A stretch of 15,205 nt of DNA from Crenarchaeota archaeon SCGC AAA471-B05 (lineage in GTDB: Archaea; Thermoproteota; Thermoprotei; Gearchaeales; Gearchaeaceae), in NCBI GenBank assembly GCA_000380705.1, contig AQYM01000025.1:21152-36356 (forward strand), in the 5' to 3' direction. This document shows, piece by piece, positions 1 to 8,342 of this stretch (its first letter is position 1; each line of letters starts with the position of its first letter). The notes under the pieces were generated by a model that was not told the DNA's origin, ran no database searches, and saw only the letters and a program-made list of their open reading frames with translations. The position numbers and the translations under genes were made by a program.

Positions 1-25
1 AATAATAAACTTAGCTTTAGCAGGA

Positions 26-1120
26 ATGTTGGTTACAGTTATTTCAGGAATGATTTTTGCTTACTTTATTCCTAATCCTATAGTTCATGCATTTTGGATT
101 TTAGGATTATCTATAATGTTTGTTGTAGGCATAATTTATATAATTGCAATTTCTCCATTAAAAGTCTCATATAAAGTAAAAGATAAAAACTATGCTTCTA
201 TATTTGGATATGACGTTGTTCAGTTGGCTTTCTTTATTACTGTAATTATGTTCCTAATTTCAGCAATGTTTGGAGGATATTTTGCAGCACATCTTGGATT
301 CGATGATAATGTTAAAATCTTCCTTTTAGAAGAACACTCAGCGAAGGAATATAGAAAGTTAGTACCCCCTTCTACACCAATAGAATTATCTGTTTCTGGT
401 CACGCACATTCAACAGTAGCATTATTTGGTGTAGCCTTAATGCTTATTGGATTTAGATGGGCTGATTTTAAAGGTAAATTGCAAAAAGTTGCGGCATATT
501 TTACTTTAATCGGTATCTTTCCTTTATCTTATGGAAGCTGGAGTGTAGCTTGGGATAGACCTAAAGCTCATATAATAGTAAATGGAGGTGTAGGATTACT
601 TGAATTAGCTTTACTTTTATTTATAATATTTGGAATAATGAAATTAGTTAAATCTAACGGGCTTATAAATGCAATAAAAGATGGAGCTAAAATAGGACCT
701 TTTATTATAGCACTATTGATGGGTATTTTTGATGCAAGTAGTGGTCTAGCGGTTGCTATGAGAATTAGAGAAGTAAGAAATGTTTGGCCAATTGAAGATG
801 AGATTGTTTATATTACAGCTCATTGGCATTTATTAGCTTTAACTTTCGGAATGATTTTATTCTTAATATTCGTAGATTTGAACTTTAACGGTTTTTCAAG
901 AATCTTAATCTCTTGGTTAACTATTGGAGGCTTTACATTTACGGTAATTGGCGGATTTTTCTTTATGCTTAGCCCAATGTTTGTAGGAAGTGAACCTTCA
1001 GAAATTGCTATTAAATCTTTAGAAATTAAAAATAGTGTTTTACCAGCAGTGGAAATAGGAACCTCGTTATTATTAATTTCTCTAATATTTACTTCCATAA
1101 GAATTCTAAAAACTAAATAA
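26..1120 (+). CDS. Polytopic integral membrane protein of unknown function, 5'-partial: the frame is open from nt 2, so the gene probably starts upstream of the window.
   Basis: 364-aa ORF with at least 8 hydrophobic helices, codon-usage-consistent. In-frame sense codons run from nt 2 to the ATG at 26 (..IINLALAG-MLVTV..), so the N-terminus is probably cut by the window edge. A T7 run after the stop (1130-1136) is a plausible archaeal terminator. Confidence 0.8.
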   Translation: MLVTVISGMIFAYFIPNPIVHAFWILGLSIMFVVGIIYIIAISPLKVSYKVKDKNYASIFGYDVVQLAFFITVIMFLISAMFGGYFAAHLGFDDNVKIFLLEEHSAKEYRKLVPPSTPIELSVSGHAHSTVALFGVALMLIGFRWADFKGKLQKVAAYFTLIGIFPLSYGSWSVAWDRPKAHIIVNGGVGLLELALLLFIIFGIMKLVKSNGLINAIKDGAKIGPFIIALLMGIFDASSGLAVAMRIREVRNVWPIEDEIVYITAHWHLLALTFGMILFLIFVDLNFNGFSRILISWLTIGGFTFTVIGGFFFMLSPMFVGSEPSEIAIKSLEIKNSVLPAVEIGTSLLLISLIFTSIRILKTK

Positions 1121-1160
1121 ATAAAATTAATTTTTTTATATTTTCTTAATTTTAATATTT

Positions 1161-1283
1161 ATGAAAAAATTATTCGTCGAAAAAGTAAATACAAATGTAG
1201 ACAGAATTAATCCATCTAAAGGAGAGCGAGTATATGCAGAAGCTATCAGAGAGCAATTGAGAAAAATAGATATATATCTATAA
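1161..1283 (+). CDS. Possible small protein (40 aa, MKKLFVEKVNTNVDRINPSKGERVYAEAIREQLRKIDIYL).
   Basis: ATG ORF preceded by a TATA-like tttttttatatttt about 25 nt upstream, which fits a leaderless start. It is too short to assess by composition and sits in a 627-bp convergent intergenic region. Confidence 0.25.
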   Translation: MKKLFVEKVNTNVDRINPSKGERVYAEAIREQLRKIDIYL

Positions 1284-1747
1284 AGGACTAGGCTACCCTA
1301 TAAAAAGAGAAACTTATGCTACGAATTTTAAATAATTTACTTTTGAATGTAATACAATAGCCACTACTTCTAAACCTAACAAAACTCCTCCTGATAATGC
1401 TAGATTATAGAGTAAACTATAAGCTGTTTCCTCACTTCCTAAAATATTATGTCATTTTTCATCGAGATACCCTCTAGCTATTGTTACAATCATTCTTAGA
1501 ATAAAGGAAAAGGATGATTTATGGAGGAAAACTTTATTGTAAACTTATCTCATTTTCTTATAAAAAATGTGATTAAAAGCAAAATTTCTGCTCCGATATA
1601 CTTTAGTATAACATTATATGCACAGTAGAGTAAAACCATCGAAAGGAATATTTAAATGTAATACAAGATCGTCGATATCCCAATGCAGAAATCATTAAAA
1701 CTATAAATTCCTATTCCAAATATTTTCCAATTTCATAAAAATATTTT

Positions 1748-2890
1748 TTATTTCAACATTTCTTCCAAAACTATTGCTAAATTATTTAACATTCCTTCTA
1801 TATCTTCTTTTGTAATATAGCCCATATGACCTATTCTAAATGTTGTTTTTTTGAAAGGACCGTACCCTGCTGCCAATTCGTAACCTCTTTTTCTCATTCT
1901 TTCATATATTTCATATCCATCTATGTTTACAGGAACTTTTACACATGTAATAGTAGGTGATTCATAACCTCTTCTTGCAAATATTTCCAATCCTAATCTT
2001 TTAACTCCGTTGCGTATCATTTCGGCTCTTTCATTATACATATTTAACCATTGTTTTTTACCTCCCATTTCTTCAATCATCCTAAGTATAACATTTAAAC
2101 CGATTATTTGAGGAATTGGAGGAGTTGAAGGAGTTGACCATTCTTCTTCTTGTGTTTTAACGTATTCTAAAACATCGAAATACCATCCCCTGTTTGTAAT
2201 CTTTTCTGCTTTTTTTAAAGCTTCTTTACTAAAAACACCTATAGCTAAACCTGGAGGTAAACCAAAAGCCTTTTGACTACTGCTAAAAACAACGTCCATG
2301 CCCCATTCATCGAATTTTATTTCGGCAGCACCCATAGCTGAAACAGCATCAACAAAAACCAATTTACCATGTTTCTTAGCTACATAACTTAGTTCTTTCA
2401 AAGGATTTAAAACACCTGTACTTGTTTCATTATAAGTTATCGTTACTGCTTCCACTTCAGGATTTTTAACCAAAGCTTCTTCCAGATCATCAGGAAAAAC
2501 AGGATCTCCTGGATTTTTAACCAAAGTTATAGCCTTTCTTCCGTTTGCTTCAACAACCTCCTTATATCTTTCTCCGAATGCTCCTATTATTGTTACCAAA
2601 ACATTTCCTTTAATTTGTACAAAATTTCTTATACTTGCTTCCATTATACCTGTTCCACTACTGGGAAACAATAATACTTTTCCTTCTTTAACTTCCAAAA
2701 ATTTTTCAAGTCTTTCTATTGTATCCTTATGCAATGCCCTGTATTCTTTGGATCTATGGCTAAACATTTGAATTTTCATCGCCTCCAAAACTTCAGGAAA
2801 ACAAGCAACGGGCCCTGCTGTAAAAAGTTTCTTTGGAGAAGACCAAACAAGCTTATTTATTTCTTCAAGTATTTTCTTATTAAGGCTCAT
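1748..2890 (-). CDS. Class V pyridoxal-phosphate aminotransferase (serine-pyruvate / alanine-glyoxylate AGXT-type).
   Basis: 380-aa ORF whose N-terminus (..LFTAGPVACFPEVLEAM) is typical of AGXT-family enzymes. The PLP-lysine motif SSSQKAFGLPPGL is present, and the rest reads as a fold-type I aminotransferase. Confidence 0.9.
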   Translation of the reverse strand: MSLNKKILEEINKLVWSSPKKLFTAGPVACFPEVLEAMKIQMFSHRSKEYRALHKDTIERLEKFLEVKEGKVLLFPSSGTGIMEASIRNFVQIKGNVLVTIIGAFGERYKEVVEANGRKAITLVKNPGDPVFPDDLEEALVKNPEVEAVTITYNETSTGVLNPLKELSYVAKKHGKLVFVDAVSAMGAAEIKFDEWGMDVVFSSSQKAFGLPPGLAIGVFSKEALKKAEKITNRGWYFDVLEYVKTQEEEWSTPSTPPIPQIIGLNVILRMIEEMGGKKQWLNMYNERAEMIRNGVKRLGLEIFARRGYESPTITCVKVPVNIDGYEIYERMRKRGYELAAGYGPFKKTTFRIGHMGYITKEDIEGMLNNLAIVLEEMLK

Positions 2891-2907
2891 AATATAATAA
2901 GCTAAAA

Positions 2908-2922
2908 TAAAAATAAAAATCT
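2908..2922 (-). promoter_or_regulatory. Putative TATA box for the aminotransferase gene, centred about 26 nt upstream of its ATG.
   Basis: The reverse complement reads atttttatttt. With no SD sequence, the gene is probably leaderless. Confidence 0.3.
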
Positions 2923-3766
2923 ATTCTATTTTACTGTTATTTAAATTTATTAATAAAAAGATTTATTTTTATAATTTTTAAGCGTTCGTATAACTGTCGA
3001 TTAAACGAAAAACACTTTCGGTCATCCCATTTTTTATAATCGTTTTTTAAGGATATAATCTAGACATTTCTTATAAAAAAATTTAGTTGAATTTTTATAA
3101 TTTCATTAAAAAAATTTTATTTTGAATAAAATAAAATTAAAATTATATACTAATATAATAAGAAAAAAATCATATGTTGACAAAAAAGAAATAAAATTTT
3201 GCTTAATTTAATGTTTACAAAACAATAAACTAAAATGTAAAAAAAGAAATATTCCAGTTCAGCTTAGATAGTAAAAGATAAAGTCATTATTATGATGTAA
3301 TAATTTATTTTTAATGTATACAAAATCATGTCGTTGTTGCACAATAATTTACTTACTGTTTATATTTTTAAATATTCAATAACTCTATAATCGAATATCT
3401 AGCATAAATGATAGAAATTCTTTACTTTTTAGTAACATCTAAAAATTTAATCGGTTATTCAGCTATTTTAATAGCATCTAAGCTTAAAAAAGGAAAATAA
3501 TAACTATTGAAATAGAGCCCAAATATGCCTCGATGGTGCAATCTAATATTCTAAAAGCTGGACTTAACAATAAATTGAAGTAATTGTCGAGATGTAATGG
3601 GTGTTATTCTTAATTTAAATATTGAAATAGAGATGTTATTCTTAGATGCAGAAAAGGAGGAATATTTGACTCATCTAAAATTAGCAAAACTTGAGCGGAT
3701 TAAAATAAAATCTGCCTATTTAGTTTATATAGAAAAGAGAATTGACTACAAAAAATCTTTAAAAAT

Positions 3767-4129
3767 TTATGGTGGTCTTGGGAAAATTCTTTTTGCCTTC
3801 AAACCTTCTTCTTTTATTATCTTTTCAAACTGTTCTTTTATATGTAAGGGTAATCTGCTAGGTAAAGTAAAATTGTTTTCTCTATCTATAGCAAATTCAA
3901 GGAGAAGTGTTCTATAAACAGTATAAAGAGGTCTAATCATTACATACGTAGGTATAAAACCTGCTACTAAAAATACAAATAACATAATAATACCTGCATT
4001 TAATCTATCGATAGGAAGGAAGTAGAAAAATAAAAAGTAGCCAAAAGCAAAGCCTGTTGCGCCAAATAATATGAATGAAATTAAAGTTAAAAGACCATAA
4101 GCCCAATTTACAGCGGTAAAGGCAAGCAA
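3767..4129 (-). CDS. C-terminal segment of a membrane protein that is probably one gene with 4438-4839 broken by frameshifts. The ORF track start is a TTG, but the same frame stays open upstream to 4465 with no start codon.
   Basis: My hand translation of the minus strand 4465-4130 in this frame gives continuous membrane-like sequence (..KDVADIKKGFKRAFDHIGPIVLLGFIFAILAAIERL..IIIILILLIIRAIVSIF..LVWHNFIDV-LLAFTAVNW..) with no ATG, GTG or TTG until 4129. Confidence 0.5.
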   Translation of the reverse strand: MLAFTAVNWAYGLLTLISFILFGATGFAFGYFLFFYFLPIDRLNAGIIMLFVFLVAGFIPTYVMIRPLYTVYRTLLLEFAIDRENNFTLPSRLPLHIKEQFEKIIKEEGLKAKRIFPRPP

Positions 4130-4437
4130 TACGTCAATGAAATTATGCCAAACAAGTTTAGCTGATCTTATAATTCCATCTTTAAGTTTTTTTCCTTCTA
4201 TTACTATTGTAGGAAGAGTGAAGAAAGTTATGAATTCAAAAATAGCTCTAAAGATAGAAACTATTGCTCTAATTATTAGTAATATTAGTATAATTATTAT
4301 TGCACCCCTATCTTTTTCAACGCTTATTCTTGCTTCAGCAAGCCTTGTTAATCTTTCTATTGCAGCAAGTATGGCAAATATGAAACCTAAAAGAACTATT
4401 GGACCAATGTGATCGAAGGCTCTTTTAAAACCTTTTT

Positions 4438-4839
4438 TTATATCAGCAACATCTTTATCTGGATTCTATACCAATCATCTACGATAGCTATTATTGCACC
4501 ATCAAAATAAAAAGATATTGAATATATTACCCATGCTGATGCTAAAAAAACCAAAAAAGCTACGGTATATGCTATTAACGGATCGGAATAAAATAAAATT
4601 CCCCAAAGATAAATTACCATAAGAAGATCAAATATCATAGTTACGAAAACAAATAACCCCGATAATAAAGATATTAAGAGGATTTCTTTTTCATCTAATA
4701 TTACTTTAGCGGAAAGAGAAACAAATTCTCCAGCTAGTTTAAGCCTCTCATACTTCCATATTACAATGACCAAATAAACAATAGGTATTAATAGAAAAAA
4801 TATTAGCAATGGTATTGCAATGGGTGCCAAGATCATCAT
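4438..4839 (-). CDS. Central segment of the same disrupted membrane-protein gene (MMILAPIAIPLLIFF...). Its frame is open upstream to 4914, and a further shifted N-terminal piece lies at 4957-4916.
   Basis: The ORF ends at a TAA that overlaps an A7 homopolymer (minus strand ATATAAAAAAAGG, 4432-4440). The -1 frame continues straight into the 3767-4129 ORF. Upstream, the frame reads IIYGKQLTIFIGFTIPSILIILTIV before the ATG. Confidence 0.5.
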   Translation of the reverse strand: MMILAPIAIPLLIFFLLIPIVYLVIVIWKYERLKLAGEFVSLSAKVILDEKEILLISLLSGLFVFVTMIFDLLMVIYLWGILFYSDPLIAYTVAFLVFLASAWVIYSISFYFDGAIIAIVDDWYRIQIKMLLI

Positions 4840-5041
4840 TACTATCGTTAATATTATAAGAATAGAAGGTATGGTAAAACCTATAAATATTGTTAATTGT
4901 TTTCCGTATATAATCTATTGTAATACTGTATATTAAAGTTGAAATAACTACTATCAAGCTTATTACTACAATAACAATGTATATTTTTTCTATTTTTTCA
5001 ACTATAATGTACCAAGTCGTACAGCTTCATGTTTATCAGCA

Positions 5042-5362
5042 GATCTTGAGAAATTTGTAACAGGTGTAATTGAGAGAAAACCAGGCGAATACGAAATAAA
5101 CATTTTAGCTAAACAATTTTACTTTGATCCATCAGTTATAATTTTGAAAAATCCAAAGAAAATAACATTCAGAATAACAAGTGCAGATATTATACATGGA
5201 TTTCAAATAGTAAGTGCAAGTATTAACGTTATGATTTTTCCAGGATGCTTTACAATAATAACATGGATACCTCCAGAAGATGCTAAAGGAGAATTTTTGA
5301 TAGTATGTAATGAATATTGTGGTACTAATGTTATGTATGCTAAATTAATCATCGAGAGGTGA
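5042..5362 (+). pseudogene. Orphan cupredoxin domain of a heme-copper (quinol) oxidase subunit II-like protein (SoxA/CoxII-like C-terminal domain). It lacks the N-terminal TM anchor and any ATG, so it is probably a gene remnant.
   Basis: The frame is open 4949-5362 but the only start is a TTG at 5144. The sequence ..YEINILAKQFYFDPSVIILKNPKKITFRITSADIIHGFQIVSASINVMIFPGCFTIITWIPPEDAKGEFLIVCNEYCGTNVMYAKLII matches the subunit II cupredoxin pattern (TS.DViHsF.iP..PG...GeY.g.CsE.CG..H..M). The second CuA His is missing (CGTNVM). The upstream in-frame part is low-complexity (YYQAYYYNNNVYFFYFFNYN) with no TM helices. Confidence 0.4.
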
Positions 5363-5425
5363 GAGGATGGGGTTCAAAACAGAAGATAGGTTTATTAAAA
5401 TTGCTATAATATTTTCCTTTATATC

Positions 5426-5444
5426 ATAGGAGGAAATAGGAGGA
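5426..5444 (+). repeat. Tandem direct repeat ataggagga(a) ataggagga(t), about 100 bp upstream of the 5545 gene. It may be a regulator-binding site.
   Basis: Two exact 9-nt copies sit 10 nt apart, which is one helical turn. Confidence 0.3.
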
Positions 5445-5544
5445 TTAATCAATACATAATATATTTGACAAAAAAATAGTAAATTGGTTTACAAAATTAT
5501 GAAAATGGGAAAGACTATTATACTTTTGATAGTGTTTTATTGTC

Positions 5545-6537
5545 ATGGAAGTTGAAGTTTATAAATGCAAAAATTGTGGAGCTCCAATTGAATATACTCC
5601 TGATTCAATAGTTATAAAGTGTAACTACTGTGGATATTACGAATATTTAAACCCTGGTTTCCAAGTTTTTGTATTGGAAAGTTTGGATAAGAGCAAAATG
5701 GAAGAAATATTTTGGAATAGAATGAGAAATGATAGTCAAATGAAGAAATATATTAACGAGATTTCCTTAGAACAAATGGAAGGATTTTATGTTCCGGTAT
5801 ACTATTGTAATTACTTTGCTGAATATTTTTTCATAGGAGAAAAAGTAGTTACTAGAACGGTAAGAAATAGTAAAGGAAGGGTTACTACAAGAATAGAAAG
5901 AATTAAGGTTTCAGATGAAGGAGAAAAATCTGGTTCAAAGACTTTGCCTGCAAAAAAATATATTGAAGAGCTAGGAATAAAGGAGCTATGTTTTCAGGTG
6001 GAAAGTTTAATTGAATTAGAAAAGGCTAATTTAGCTAAAGCTGAAGAAATTAAATGGAACTTTAAAGGAGAAATATTAGCCTTTGACTTCAATCCTGAAG
6101 AAATGAAAAAGATTTTTGAAGATATCATAGCTGAAGAAATAAAGAATGAAATAAAAAATAAATACGGACTTTCTGAAATAAAAATTTTATCCTGTAACGT
6201 AAACATAAAAGAAATCATACCTGTTTATGTTCCTATTTGGATAGCTTCCTACAAATTCAAAGATATGATATATAGCATTTCCTTTAATGGAAAAACAGGT
6301 TCGCAACTTGTTGCAATGGAACCTATGTTCAAAAGTCAAAGAATTTTATCTGTAATTTTATCTTCGATTATTACAGTTTTGCTTACGTTTATGTTATCTT
6401 CATTATTTTTATCAGGTTTGTTTTTATTTTTAAATACAGAAATTCTTATTTTATTTTTAATTTTTATTATAATTTTATTAAGTGCTTCGATGTATTTCAT
6501 GAATAGAGCTTTTAAAGGAGAACGAATAGAAAGATGA
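5545..6537 (+). CDS. Zn-ribbon / PepSY-like / C-terminal TM protein, paralog 1 (uncharacterized).
   Basis: 330 aa. The N-terminus carries a CKNCG-x16-CNYCGY Zn-ribbon, followed by an acidic helical middle. Near the C-terminus is YVPIWIASYKF..ISFNGKTGSQLV, which looks like a PepSY-like tail. Two C-terminal TM helices follow. A TATA-like ctattatac lies about 25 nt upstream. Confidence 0.8.
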   Translation: MEVEVYKCKNCGAPIEYTPDSIVIKCNYCGYYEYLNPGFQVFVLESLDKSKMEEIFWNRMRNDSQMKKYINEISLEQMEGFYVPVYYCNYFAEYFFIGEKVVTRTVRNSKGRVTTRIERIKVSDEGEKSGSKTLPAKKYIEELGIKELCFQVESLIELEKANLAKAEEIKWNFKGEILAFDFNPEEMKKIFEDIIAEEIKNEIKNKYGLSEIKILSCNVNIKEIIPVYVPIWIASYKFKDMIYSISFNGKTGSQLVAMEPMFKSQRILSVILSSIITVLLTFMLSSLFLSGLFLFLNTEILILFLIFIIILLSASMYFMNRAFKGERIER

Positions 6538-7508
6538 GCTTGGAAATTAAATGTGAAAATTGTTTTGCAGACTTCAAAATACCGCATAAAGTACCAGTTG
6601 CAACCTGTCCTTATTGCGGATATACTTTTGTAGTAGATAAAAATATTACAGAGATATATTACTTTAAAGTTAATTTTGATTCATCAAAAGTCTTTGAAAA
6701 ACTTTTAAGGTTTATTTTAAGAAATTTTGGTGTTCCTAAGGACTTTATATCAAATACTTATTTAACAGGATATACTTTACATTATATACCCTTTCATACC
6801 GTTAAAGCTGAAGCAAAGGGGATTTGTGAATATAAAGAAGGAATAATATTTCGAAAGGGTTATAAAGGAAAATTTATTCAAGTTTTAGATGCATACATAC
6901 CAGCTTCACCACTTCCAATAAATCTTGAAATACTTACAAGATTTAAATTTGGTTTAAGGGGAAGGGAATACTTCAAACCTAGAATTACTAAAATGGGTAA
7001 ATACTACTTAGTTCAATACGATAAAGAATATGCTTTAAATTTGGCTAGAATTAAAGTCCAAGAAGAATTAATGAAAGATATACGTTCTGCATGTGCTGGA
7101 AGAGAAATATTGGAAGAAATAAAAACGGAATATTTAGGAATTACGTATTATCCTTTTTGGGAAATTTTCTATCAATACAAAGGAGAAAAATTAAGAGCTA
7201 TCATCGATGCTACAAACGGAAGAGTTTTATATTCAGAGTATATAATAGATCCTAAAGCTAGAAAATTCGCTTCTTTGGCAGCCATATCAGTAATAATTCC
7301 TTCAACAATTATAGGTTCAATTTTCGGTTTCGGCGGATTTGTAATAGGCTTACTAGTAGGTATTTTATCTTCTTCTCCTTCATTTCCTAAAATTTTTAAG
7401 AAAAAGATAAAGGCTAAGGAAGAATTCACGGAATTTGATATTCGTACCATAATGCTTAAGTTACCTAAAACTTATAGCAAAGGATTTAAATTTTTGATAT
7501 TTAGATAA
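6534..7508 (+). CDS. Zn-ribbon / PepSY-like / C-terminal TM protein, paralog 2. It is translationally coupled to paralog 1 by an ATGA overlap.
   Basis: 324 aa with a CENCF-x15-CPYCGY Zn-ribbon. The motif ..YYPFWEIFYQYKGEKLRAIIDATNGRVLYSEY resembles the PepSY consensus (Y.v......g....v.VDA.TG.il). C-terminal TM segment(s) and a basic tail follow. Confidence 0.8.
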   Translation: MSLEIKCENCFADFKIPHKVPVATCPYCGYTFVVDKNITEIYYFKVNFDSSKVFEKLLRFILRNFGVPKDFISNTYLTGYTLHYIPFHTVKAEAKGICEYKEGIIFRKGYKGKFIQVLDAYIPASPLPINLEILTRFKFGLRGREYFKPRITKMGKYYLVQYDKEYALNLARIKVQEELMKDIRSACAGREILEEIKTEYLGITYYPFWEIFYQYKGEKLRAIIDATNGRVLYSEYIIDPKARKFASLAAISVIIPSTIIGSIFGFGGFVIGLLVGILSSSPSFPKIFKKKIKAKEEFTEFDIRTIMLKLPKTYSKGFKFLIFR

Positions 7509-7542
7509 TAAAATATATATTAATATGATATAATTAAAAATT

Positions 7543-7863
7543 ATGAAAATTAAGTACGAATACGGAGCTGTCTCTGTGTTTTTTGTAAGTTTAGGTTTCG
7601 CTTTAATTTTAATAGGTTTAAATAAAATAGATTTGCTAGGATTTTTTTCCGTAATTTTATTACTCTTTGGAACTTATACAATAATTTACGGTTTAATGGA
7701 AAAGGAAAATACGTATTATTATGTATGGGGTTCGATAATGTTTGTAATAGGTTTATCTTTATTGTTTTATAATTTAATTCCATTACCAGTTTTAATTGGA
7801 ATAACTATAATTATAATTACTTTAATAGGATTTTTTTCTTATATTAAACAACGAAAAAGCTAA
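7543..7863 (+). CDS. Small 4-TM membrane protein (106 aa).
   Basis: Four hydrophobic helices. A TATA-like aaatatatatt lies about 26 nt upstream. The stop overlaps the stop of the convergent gene 7860-8342 by 4 nt. Confidence 0.6.
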   Translation: MKIKYEYGAVSVFFVSLGFALILIGLNKIDLLGFFSVILLLFGTYTIIYGLMEKENTYYYVWGSIMFVIGLSLLFYNLIPLPVLIGITIIIITLIGFFSYIKQRKS

Positions 7864-8342
7864 GATAAAATTTCCTCAATAATTTCTCTTATTGTAGGTG
7901 TTACCAAAGGTAAAGGAGGTCTTCTTTCATAAGTTTTTCTTATAGTAACAAAAAATGAATAAAAAGCTATTATACACATAGGTACAACCGAGAAACCAAA
8001 TAGAACTACTAAAAGTAAAGTTACATCTAAGGTAAACATAATTTTAAAACTGAAAAACATATATTCATAACTAAGTATTCCTCCACCAAACCTTATTACA
8101 GTATTTATATAAGAATAAATATAAGCTAAGGAAATAAGTATTGGTGAAATTATATATTTTTCCAAAGCTGAAGCGACTATACATATTATCAAAATTTCAA
8201 AAAAAAATCTATCAATATAAACTGGTTTATATAAAATGATTGAAGGTATTATAATCATTATAATATAAATTAGAAATGTCCTTACCGCAGCTTCAATAAT
8301 AATTTTAATCAAATAATACTTAATTAAAGTAGTAAGTGTCAT
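7860..8342 (-). CDS. Polytopic membrane protein (160 aa), the last gene of an overlapping 3-gene minus-strand operon.
   Basis: Hydrophobic helices throughout. The start overlaps the upstream stop as ATGA (8339-8342). Confidence 0.65.
   Translation of the reverse strand: MTLTTLIKYYLIKIIIEAAVRTFLIYIIMIIIPSIILYKPVYIDRFFFEILIICIVASALEKYIISPILISLAYIYSYINTVIRFGGGILSYEYMFFSFKIMFTLDVTLLLVVLFGFSVVPMCIIAFYSFFVTIRKTYERRPPLPLVTPTIREIIEEILS

Noticed and set aside
820-1098. 92-aa ORF on the minus strand inside the first membrane-protein gene
   Set aside because: It lies fully antisense to a strongly membrane-like ORF. Its composition is low-complexity K/N/I-rich, typical of an AT-rich antisense frame.
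2891-3596. Possible CRISPR array, oriC or tRNA in the long AT-rich spacer
   Set aside because: There are no regularly spaced direct repeats, no ORB-like (TCCAGTGGAAAC-type) boxes, and no GC-rich cloverleaf stems. Only scattered short A/T hairpins were seen.
3597-3917. 106-aa plus-strand ORF
   Set aside because: Its 3' half is antisense to the C-terminus of the minus-strand membrane-protein segment and reads like junk (..SNCSFICKGNLLGKVKLFS..). A shorter real peptide from 3597 cannot be excluded, but nothing supports it.
4137-4412. 91-aa plus-strand ORF
   Set aside because: It is antisense to the continuous (frameshifted) minus-strand membrane-protein reading frame, and its composition mirrors a TM-coding strand.
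4748-4957. 69-aa minus-strand ORF
   Set aside because: Only its first ~14 codons (LIVVISTLIYSITI) look like part of the disrupted membrane protein. The rest overlaps the better MMILAP frame and is non-protein-like.
5994-6587. Minus-strand ORFs 5994-6218 and 6336-6587
   Set aside because: They are antisense to the Zn-ribbon paralog genes and low-complexity.
7172-7783. Minus-strand ORFs 7172-7450 and 7550-7783
   Set aside because: They are antisense to well-supported plus-strand genes.
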